Shown here one piece after another: positions 34,701-41,900 of a stretch of DNA of 43,423 bases. This DNA is from a virus (lineage: Duplodnaviria; Caudoviricetes): positions 1-43,423 of IMG/VR virus record IMGVR_UViG_3300005805_000155; one strand, written 5' to 3'. Below the pieces are notes generated by a model. It saw only the letters and a program-made list of their open reading frames with translations, ran no database searches and was not told the DNA's origin. Both the position numbers and the translations under genes were made by a program. How positions within the stretch are numbered: position 1 is the stretch's first letter; every line of letters begins with the position of its first letter.

Positions 34701-36955
34701 ACATAACCACTTCCTCTTTTTAATACATTGAAATGGGAAATCGTATTATCTCTTGCGATCTTCTTTGCGTTTCCATCTTCATCAACAATAGATTCTCCAC
34801 CAACAAACTGTCCTGATATAGTTCTGATAAACAAAGTATTTCCAAAAGAGTAATTACCCGTATTAGATCCTTCTACTACACCATAAGCATTACTTACCAA
34901 TCCATATACATATTTTCCTGGTAAAAAAGTATCTGTATCCAGATTTGAATCTAAAATTAATTTCGTAAAGAAAATTGGATTGAAATATGAGAGATTAAAA
35001 ATTGAATTGTAGACAGAATCTCCAGAAGATACTCGTCCTCTTGAAAGTATTATGTCTACATCTCTATTAAATCCAGATCCTTTTTCGGTTAATTGGAAAT
35101 TTTTTGGTTTGGAAACACCTATAATAGGAGTAATAATTTCATTATTATCAATTACATCTCCGTATGGAACTGGTTGATTTTCTACATAATAATAAGAATT
35201 TGCTAATGTCTGTCCATTATCTTGATTTGGATCAGCGGAGTTAGATTTAAAAATATATCTTACTTTAGTATCAGAAGTTTCATCATAATTCTTTAAGAAT
35301 AGTAAATCTTCTTTATTTCCTAATAAAGTATATTCTATATAAACTGTTTCTGAAGAATCAATATCTGGTCTCTGTACTAATTCATAACCAATTATAGTAG
35401 CTGATTTTGAAATAACATTCGCTAAAGAAGTGCCTCTTTCAATAATAAACCACAATTTCTTTCCAAGATCTGTTTCTGCTGGATATGTTGGATTCTCTCC
35501 ATTTAATTTTACATAAACAGTGATAACACCATCACTCAATTGGAATTTTTGTCCTCTTCTGTTATATTTTTCATCTACATTTCTAAATCCAATAAAACCA
35601 TCATTAAAAACAGAACTAAGATAAAGATCTGGATATGCAGTTAAATCTTCGCCATCTGCGTTTAATGGAATACTGTTATAAACATTAGTAATATTAAATG
35701 AAGATAATCCAGGTACTTTCAACCTATTTCCTGGCTTAGAAAGAGTATCTCTGGCTTTATCGATTGTTAAATACTTGGAATCATTATTAATAATTTCATA
35801 ACCTTTTACATATGCTTTTCCAGATCCAACAGATGCTATCATAAGCTTCTCTGCATCTACTGGCTTCAAACCATTTACGGTATTTGTTTCTGTGTTTAAA
35901 GGATATGTACCTTGATTATTATTCTTTAAATAATATTCTCTTAAATCTATTGAAAAATTTTCAAGTATATAATTTCCAGATTCATCATATGTTCTTCTTG
36001 CTAAAATTTCTTCTACAGCATTAATTTCTTCTTTCTTTATTAATTTCTGGATATCACCGTTTTTGACAGTTAATAACTGCACATAATCAGAAGAAGTATT
36101 AGCATCATATGGATATACTATTAATGATAGATCAATCTTAAGTCTATTTGCTCCAGGAGCAGAATAATTTGAAAACCCTCTTGCATTATCAAATAAAGAA
36201 GAATCTTCGTCAGCGGATATTATTTCTTCCGTAATTGAAAAACCAACTTTTACCGATGGTTTATTATAATACTTATCTACTACTATTAATTGTTCTGTGT
36301 TGTTGACAAAATATCCGTTGATAAAATAAACTCCTGCTTCCACCTTAACAGCCGAAGCAAATCCCATTGCAGGACTATCTAAGTTTGCAATTTCTCCTGT
36401 ATTATAATCGATGACATCTATAGTAGCAGGAAGAATATTTCCGTCTGTGCCAACCACCAAGAGTGGAGTATTTTCGATATCAATTACTTCTAATGTTTCA
36501 CCTTGCCTAAAAGTAAATTCTTCACCAGAATTACCGCTGTTTGTATATTTGACAAATAAAACGTCTGATTCTGTTTCTGTCGAATAAGCAAAAGATATTA
36601 CGGTAGCAGTAACCCCAGAAGACAAACCTTGTAAAGTAAATCCAATTAACTTAGATATATCATATTTTTGAAAAACAATATCACCCCCTACATTTGTAGC
36701 TTCTTCTGAAACTGATGAGAGTTTTACATAATTTAAATTAGTATTTAATGATACTTCTCCAGGAACTACTTGCTGACCTTGCTTGTATTGACTTCTGCCA
36801 ATATTTTCAATTTGATTTTGTAATATTGATTGCAAGGTGTTGAGTTCTCTTGACTGGATAGAATATCCAGGTCTAAAGAGAACTCTATAGTATCCCTTTG
36901 AAAAATCATAATCATCGTTATATGGATTGACGTTAAGATTTATCTTCTGGGGCAT
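28748..36955 (-). CDS. VrlC-like / DUF4815-family large virion structural protein (2735 aa)
   Basis: MPQKINLNVNPYNDD....KGYYRVLFRPG.SIQSRELNTLQSILQNQIE, N..APGA.RLKI, LARRTYDESG.Y, G.GKAYVKGYEI, RYTM.DIGKIEKRI..LE.YTTLS.LE, RFKTGF.VDNF, QTF....GVF.T..DLFF. Follows gp8. Confidence 0.9.
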   Translation of the reverse strand: MPQKINLNVNPYNDDYDFSKGYYRVLFRPGYSIQSRELNTLQSILQNQIENIGRSQYKQGQQVVPGEVSLNTNLNYVKLSSVSEEATNVGGDIVFQKYDISKLIGFTLQGLSSGVTATVISFAYSTETESDVLFVKYTNSGNSGEEFTFRQGETLEVIDIENTPLLVVGTDGNILPATIDVIDYNTGEIANLDSPAMGFASAVKVEAGVYFINGYFVNNTEQLIVVDKYYNKPSVKVGFSITEEIISADEDSSLFDNARGFSNYSAPGANRLKIDLSLIVYPYDANTSSDYVQLLTVKNGDIQKLIKKEEINAVEEILARRTYDESGNYILENFSIDLREYYLKNNNQGTYPLNTETNTVNGLKPVDAEKLMIASVGSGKAYVKGYEIINNDSKYLTIDKARDTLSKPGNRLKVPGLSSFNITNVYNSIPLNADGEDLTAYPDLYLSSVFNDGFIGFRNVDEKYNRRGQKFQLSDGVITVYVKLNGENPTYPAETDLGKKLWFIIERGTSLANVISKSATIIGYELVQRPDIDSSETVYIEYTLLGNKEDLLFLKNYDETSDTKVRYIFKSNSADPNQDNGQTLANSYYYVENQPVPYGDVIDNNEIITPIIGVSKPKNFQLTEKGSGFNRDVDIILSRGRVSSGDSVYNSIFNLSYFNPIFFTKLILDSNLDTDTFLPGKYVYGLVSNAYGVVEGSNTGNYSFGNTLFIRTISGQFVGGESIVDEDGNAKKIARDNTISHFNVLKRGSGYVTLATGENSEVSKLLINGVTYETTAISLSTLASSIYKIDIVNRDLVSEIYKSTPAVSVTIGSGAIVTPILFKNTVTTYSPQNVKSTFCTFGSEVKNYVFTSDVESFNSSYIESKILTDFTFSGVAGYKFIECNGFSGDPSTDLIQGDIVQFVYNDNTVERSIVQYVIPPSGLSKSRIYLNAVLKKDVNNINVIRIRPLVENSTNASLIVPTGSKYLKSIVDSVEDSKITYYIRRDFVTKLSSNGNNITFAAQLPYGTQRFVSFSEKYFLITVLDPDIANNPNTTVKTGDIIYLTNEQVTITNSTETSTGLTAGSVTINLPSNFFGEIDSFENFKIKLTASIEVSKPKPKLKTLVSNKRIVITSSSDRVIPFRGVGYEENSSEVLSYSDAFKLKYVYEGSPSVAPVVNSDGKLVSGIDVTDRYTFDNGQRDTFYDVSRIILKPGLEPPTGQLVIGFDYFEHSQGDFCTIDSYVHEAGVNVSDIPEFNSAVYGKISLRDVFDYRPKVDTTTIISGYEDSTILNNPVSFTKSGGSISNTIAIDDNLEFNLLFNSQQYLDRIDGLFLNKDGTFTIERGTSSLNPNRPLSSEDALPLYYFYIPAYTNGVNDVNILPVDNKRYTMKDIGKIEKRIERLEQYTTLSILEQQALNMQIKDEVGLDRFKTGFVVDNFETHSIGNLASLDYKCAIDPQQSVLRPRSYESDISLKEINTRNVERLENNYVNNNNIITLPYVNLVLAQNNFATKKININQFSVSQYVGDVKLNNPVSKTYNKNVFPIILNNDSKLFSVFYAKNNTRDGVESIYNNYIVNWVGNDRVFFNSQPLDQSLINNFSTTLSATVSSTSNISPQNNELAKGITTSKSGSNNVVSSIQYFCDSNVVKFTLTRLKPKTKFYAFLDNKNIDKWIVSDFRYTGIPGNSLSTFGGGITTDDNGNASGYLIVPAGYPPVSGSTFTENVENILYDTNESELYFITGNKNLKFTSDSTGSISSSVESYAQTYYYVVGSNPINPSNIISTVPANIKTEEGIQLFNGSKVKPNPLIQTFKVENYPGGVFVTALDLFFSKKVNTSDISSIKKNLPVRVYLTNVENGKPGRHVIPGTEVSKVSDTYIRVYTNGSVKVLKDEILTGVSSGCSGPIKEILDKNNIPLITSVNKEYLLSEDQIYTIVLSNYNGKTFKQNEEVRTNTLILDNAKQSTALRITISRDSGKVTGLELKSTGGGYENASITMESPQLIGGINSTANIYVSDGIVFDADISIPGSGYTDPPAVIINGIGNSAAGAEIVSTITIDTPAVIMGVASDTESEVSTIPTTFTFDHPIYLQNDTEYAFAVESDSSDYEIWASKLGENEIITNSAVSSQPLLGSLYKSQNSENWSEDIFEDIKFTIHRAEFDISRTALVKLTNNQLGYEKLQNNPIETYSLSDSTSTSKLFKNSNKIIKINHNNNGFEDSGVSYVAFKKINNISGLESSEINSQLFKIIDSGIQYYTIELPKEVSSTEITGGDNVVSLHNKKYEKIFTQIDYISAPETSIESYVRTTNIRSIDDDSDLVSYTQSSSREKIFLNQEYYFNNQKVICSRINEIKNLPTIENNRSFVYEMELSSNKSYLSPLIDLRTANTKIVTNIIEKSNGFETRYGRTDQILKLYSIFKLKYAGTGLTGVSASDIVGSPTNTKVISGYTSKAKGIVLKFDNTTNSIWVKMLTDTVFKSNETLIFDNIPALSTFPTSVTVANNGVDEILLNFNIGDTVVCCDKSSSNLNKKYDNVISGKVIRWDARNKELILSNNKNPINNDYYSSSSSPSFARIPFSITETTGTAQLPDIFRVGDILSYPNIATADRAFAEIKSLSYTTGILYTAENASKNSSSVAKYSTKEIFVTTPSTSLDVRLKANIFKEDDIIVLYKIKSASSQYNFDDLEWNYFNETGLSDISVTPSPENIISGYLEKQSSYKEYKYSVSQLPEFSSYAIKIVMRSSNVVFVPKIQDCRIVASF

Positions 36956-37002
36956 GTTATGACACCGTTATTATGATGTTAATTTAGATATAAAAATTGA
37001 TA

Positions 37003-38907
37003 TCAGAATTCGATAACTAACTTGATGTCTTCAATCTGATCTTCTGCTCTTGTGATTAGTCTTCTGTTTTCTACATAGATAATCTCACCTGAATTTGGTT
37101 TGAGCTCTTGGACAGAGAAACCATCAATAAATTCTAGACCACTTGTGTTATTTTCATCAGTTTGAGGATTTGAATCGTATCCAGTATCTACTGTGCCAGT
37201 GATACCAGATGACTTACCAGTAATTGTTCCAGTAGGAGAGAATGCTCTTACAGAACCATTATTAGTATGAAGCTCTGGAGTTTGGACATACTTCAACCAA
37301 CCATGAGTTGAATCGAATCTCTTCCAAGAAACAACTCTTCCTCTAGCAAAGTTAGATCCTTGTACTTGCTCAATTTCCTCGTCAACAGAGAAGTTTGAGT
37401 TTGCAGCATTCAAGGTTACATAAATTGCTTTTAGATTACTGACAGTATCTGCTGTTAATAGATTGCCATCTTTATCTCTTGGATCTCTCATGATACCGAT
37501 TCTTCTGAAATCGTTATCTACTGGGAAGTCGCCATCACCTTCAGCGTAGGTTAAGCGAATATTCGCCATGATACGCTTACCATTAAGCTCTTCAACTAGA
37601 TCTACACCATGTCCTCCCTGTACAGGGATTACAACCTCAACATCTGCTTTACCAGCAGCTGCTGCTGATGTGCCGCCGACTGTGCCACCTTCTCCATCTG
37701 TGCCAGTTGGAGTGAATGAGGTGTATAGGTTGGTTAAACCAGTTTCAAATCTTAGTGAAGCATAAGTGTAACCAGATCCTCTAGCTGCAACTTCAGCGTG
37801 AGCAATAGAAGCACCAGTTGCGTCAAAAACTAGTTTTGCAACACCGCCAGTGCCATCTCCATAGATAGGAGTGTAACGAATAGCATTAGCAGTTAGACCA
37901 AATCCAGTACCTTTGTTTTTGACTAGAAGAGCATAAATTTTACCATCAAAAGTGAAATCAGATAGAAGGGGGATATTAACACCAGCTGTGTCAATAAGTC
38001 CATCTGCCTGCATAGCATATGGTTCGATAGGCATGAAGTCCGAAGATAAGAACTTCTGTAGTGAAGATTGTGATAATGTATAGTAGTATCTCCATAGATA
38101 CTCAAGTTGACCTGTTGTTCCGTTAACTTGCTTAAATAGACCTGTTACCTCATCATATTCGGGTAAAGATGTATCTGGTTGTAAAGTAGAATAAATTTCT
38201 ACTTGAGGAGTTGCTAACCACTTATCCTCTGAGTTGTACAGGCAGATAAAGACCTGATAACGCTCATTAATAGTAAAGAATCTAGCAGTAGAGATTGAAG
38301 TTGCTTTTGTCTTTCCTGGTCTCTTAGCAGAGTAATCAGGTCTCCACATATCAAAATCACCAATATCTTGTGCTGGGTTGGTGCCAATTCCATTAGAACC
38401 AGCATATGAAGCCCAAGTGTATCTTCTGATTACGTGCTTTACTTGCTCTGGAAGAATTCTCTTAGCAGCAATAAGATCAGCATAAACTTCATACTTCTCT
38501 TGCTGACTATCATAAGGAACTAGAGGAGAATCCTCAGTGCCGTAACGGAATGTTTCTCCAACTACAGCAGTTGCTCCACTGGTAGCACCAGTGATTGTTG
38601 ATCCTGGAGTTGGTGTGCCGTTGGTTGGAGTAAAATCAGAAACAAGAATTGCTTTAACTTGAGCAGCAGTAGCTCCTACTGGAAGCACTTCTCTGATTTT
38701 AGCACTAACGAAACCAGTACCACTAATATTTTCGTTAGTAGTTAGATCGAATGTTCCAGTTACGTTTTGTACTTCAATGTAGGTAAGCCATGCTTGTGGT
38801 CTACCAACAAAGAAATACATGTATGATGTGCCTGGCGTTTCGCTGAGGCACTCTACGAATTGTTTAGCATTAAAAATTCTAAACTTTTCTGAAATAATTG
38901 GGGCCAT
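37003..38907 (-). CDS. gp8: Baseplate wedge subunit (T4 gp8-like, 634 aa)
   Basis: MAPIISEKFRIFNAKQF, Y.FVGRPQ.W, W.Y.YT......KFLSSDFMP, GGHG.D...EL, GDFPVDNDFRRIG, SGEIIYVENRR.ITRA.DQIEDIKLVIEF. Confidence 0.93.
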   Translation of the reverse strand: MAPIISEKFRIFNAKQFVECLSETPGTSYMYFFVGRPQAWLTYIEVQNVTGTFDLTTNENISGTGFVSAKIREVLPVGATAAQVKAILVSDFTPTNGTPTPGSTITGATSGATAVVGETFRYGTEDSPLVPYDSQQEKYEVYADLIAAKRILPEQVKHVIRRYTWASYAGSNGIGTNPAQDIGDFDMWRPDYSAKRPGKTKATSISTARFFTINERYQVFICLYNSEDKWLATPQVEIYSTLQPDTSLPEYDEVTGLFKQVNGTTGQLEYLWRYYYTLSQSSLQKFLSSDFMPIEPYAMQADGLIDTAGVNIPLLSDFTFDGKIYALLVKNKGTGFGLTANAIRYTPIYGDGTGGVAKLVFDATGASIAHAEVAARGSGYTYASLRFETGLTNLYTSFTPTGTDGEGGTVGGTSAAAAGKADVEVVIPVQGGHGVDLVEELNGKRIMANIRLTYAEGDGDFPVDNDFRRIGIMRDPRDKDGNLLTADTVSNLKAIYVTLNAANSNFSVDEEIEQVQGSNFARGRVVSWKRFDSTHGWLKYVQTPELHTNNGSVRAFSPTGTITGKSSGITGTVDTGYDSNPQTDENNTSGLEFIDGFSVQELKPNSGEIIYVENRRLITRAEDQIEDIKLVIEF

Positions 38908-38942
38908 TTAAAGTCTCCGTTTTTATTTTGCAAATTTATTTA

Positions 38943-38950
38943 TATTTATA
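38943..38950 (-). promoter_or_regulatory. T4 consensus late promoter TATAAATA upstream of gp8 (a second TCTAAATA at 38955-38962)
   Basis: Exact consensus in the gp7-gp8 intergenic region, about 36 nt upstream of the gp8 ATG. Confidence 0.75.
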
Positions 38951-38973
38951 AGGGTATTTAGAGAATAATTAAC

Positions 38974-41900
38974 TTATTCTTCGATTGGATCAACAGTATT
39001 GAATGTAGAAATTCCAATATTAATTCTATCTCCGCTTGTTGATATTTGTGAATTTGATCTGAGCTCAAAGTCTTCAATTGTGAGTGATGGATAAGTATTG
39101 GTAAACTGATCAATTTGCATTCCAGATACATTATTTGTTGTCTGATCAGGTGCGGTATATCCAGTATCTGACATATTGGTATTATTGAAGAATGAATTAT
39201 ATTCAATATTACCAAGACTAATACCAACATTACCAACACCATATGTGTTGTATGGGAATTCTTGCTTGTCTCTAGTAATATTTCTGAATGTGATTGAATC
39301 TTCAAAATTGGTATCAATAGTATAACTTTGAGTCAATACTACATCTCCAGATCTTGTAAGAATATCTGTATTATAATACAAGACTTCTTGATAGTAATCA
39401 ACAATACCAGTTGATCTTATAGTAGTAATTTCATTGATTACTTCAATATCAATTAGATTCGTCTCCTCATTCTTATCTATGGTAGTTGTTATTATTGTGT
39501 CATCTGGTTTTTGTAGAGAAACAATACCAACAGGAATTACGCCAAGATATCTTTCTTGTATCGAAACGGCAGCTGTGCTAACAACTATTGAATATTCAAT
39601 AATATTTGTTACTACTACTGCATCATCAGAAGTAACCAATACAGTTGCTGGAGTGATAGAAGTTTCTACAATCTTATCAATAATGGTAGTAGAAACACTA
39701 GTTATTTCTACTGGTGATATCACAGGATCAGAAGGTACTGAAGACTGGGATGTTCTTAAAGATTCGTAGAAGGAAACAATTTCACTAATTCCAAGCGTAT
39801 TGACGAATATAACGCTAGTTGGAGATTCATTGGTTGTCACAACAGAATCTATAACAATCGAAGAAGCAGTTACTCCAACATAAATCTCTGATTGATATGC
39901 AATAGTCGAATTATCAATGAGAGGTTGGTCAATTTCAGATGTAACAATTATTGCCTCTACATTTGTCAATGTAACTGCTACGTCATCAACTGGAGGAATT
40001 ACAGTTATCTCTTGGATAGTTGAGATATTAGTTGTAATAATTGGTTGATACTCTAGATTTATTTCAACACTGATATCTACAGGAGATACATTTGCCAATT
40101 CTGATTGATATGGATATTCACCTAATACATCGATGCCAGAACCATCAGCTCCTAATCCTGTTTCTATTGTGCGGTAGATTTGAATATCATTTACATCATT
40201 TGGAATAACTTCGTTAGAAGAAATACTGATAACCGAATCAATAGGTAATTCTATTTGATACTCAATTGAAGTAATAGCTCGGATTTCGTTGATATTGTAA
40301 TTAATTGTGGGCTCTATACCAATAAGAGCGGTATGAGATACATCAACGCTCAACTCTATTGCTATTGTAGAAGAAATAGGATCAATTGTTTCTATGAATA
40401 TTACTTCGCCTTCACTGATGCTATCTGTACTTACAGTTATAATAGATTCTACAGTTGCTAGAGCAGATTCGATTCTAGGAGTTATAGTAATTTCTTGAAT
40501 TGCTGCAATATTAGCAAATACTGTAGATAGGACAATATCAGTATCAACTGCATCAGCAAATATGCTATATCCAGTTGCTATACCACCAAATACAGGCTCT
40601 ACATCAATTGCAACGTCTTCTATACGTCCACCAATGGAGACTAAGACAGATTGCTGTAGAATACTCTCAACTGTTACCGTAGACTGCTCGATTCTAGGAG
40701 TTACGGTAATTTCTTGAATTGGAGTAATATTAGCAAATACTACTGATGGAATGATATCAGTATCAACTTCATCTGCAAAGACGCTGTATGCAGTTGCAAC
40801 ACCACCAAATACAGGCTCTACGTCAACAGCTACATCTTCTAAGCGACCACCAATAGATACCAATACAGACTGCTGTAGAATACTTTCAACAGTTACTGGA
40901 GACGCTACATTTGTTACAATGGAGTTTATTTGAATATCTCTATTTAATGCTGCATATTCAGCAAATGATGTATTATAAATTACAGGAATTATCTTATTGT
41001 CTAAGTCAATTTGCTCTTCTACAACAGCACCAACTATTATTAGTTGCTTGAATAATGGTTGTAGAATAATATCTTGTAACTCTACATTTACTGCATAATC
41101 AATATTAGTGATTACTAGCGAGTCAACAGAAGGTGTTAATGTGCCATAATCAGTCGCTGGTTCTCTAGAAATTTCTACAATTGTTACAGATCCATCACCA
41201 AATGTTGCCTGTTGCTTACTGATTACTAGTAACTCTCTTGGTTGTAATATTATGTCAACTGGAGAATTTATACTAATAAGTGGTGTAGCAACAATTGCTT
41301 CTATTTGAGATTTTCTATTGATGTGAATATCAGAAGCATCTGGTAGATACTGTCTTACTAAAGATCCAGCTGGATGATTTGTAAGTGGTGTTCTAAATGC
41401 AGATCTTTCTTCTATGAAGAATCTGTCTGAGAATTTAGAAGAATAATATAAAATTTCTCCATTTAACAACAAGTAACCAGTATCTGTGAATTTATCTGTG
41501 CTTGAAACGTAAAGGACTCTATCAGTATCTGTAAAATCTAATTGTATAAAGACAGATGTGAAGCTATCGGAATTTAATTCTAATGTAACGTTAGGAACAT
41601 AAGAAACTGTATTTACCGATACCGAAGACCTATCACCAGATACTGAAACTATTGGTATGGTTTTAACTGAAGTTTCATAAGATTTTGCTAAAGGTACAAA
41701 AATTATGTCTTTAACAGAATCAATAAGTGCTTTTGGATACCAATTAGTGCTTATCTTTGTATCAGTTTTTAGCTCTCCATATTCAGATAAGTATTCGGTA
41801 AATAATGTAATAAAATTACTGACATAATAATCAGAAATAATAAGTCTTGGTTCGAGGAACCAAAATCCTGGTTCTTGACCTTTGTAACGGAAGAATACTT

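Noticed and set aside
36956-37002. Possible late promoter upstream of the VrlC-like gene (TCTAAATT)
   Set aside because: It deviates from the TAAATA core in a very AT-rich context and cannot be distinguished from chance.
38958-39317. Alternative-frame minus-strand ORFs (this one, 4894..5103, 10474..10674, 20933..21199, 24401..24601, 37923..38105, 38214..38405)
   Set aside because: They lie almost entirely inside well-supported genes and have the Leu/Ile/Met-rich composition typical of off-frame reading. I saw no slippery-site evidence for a programmed frameshift.
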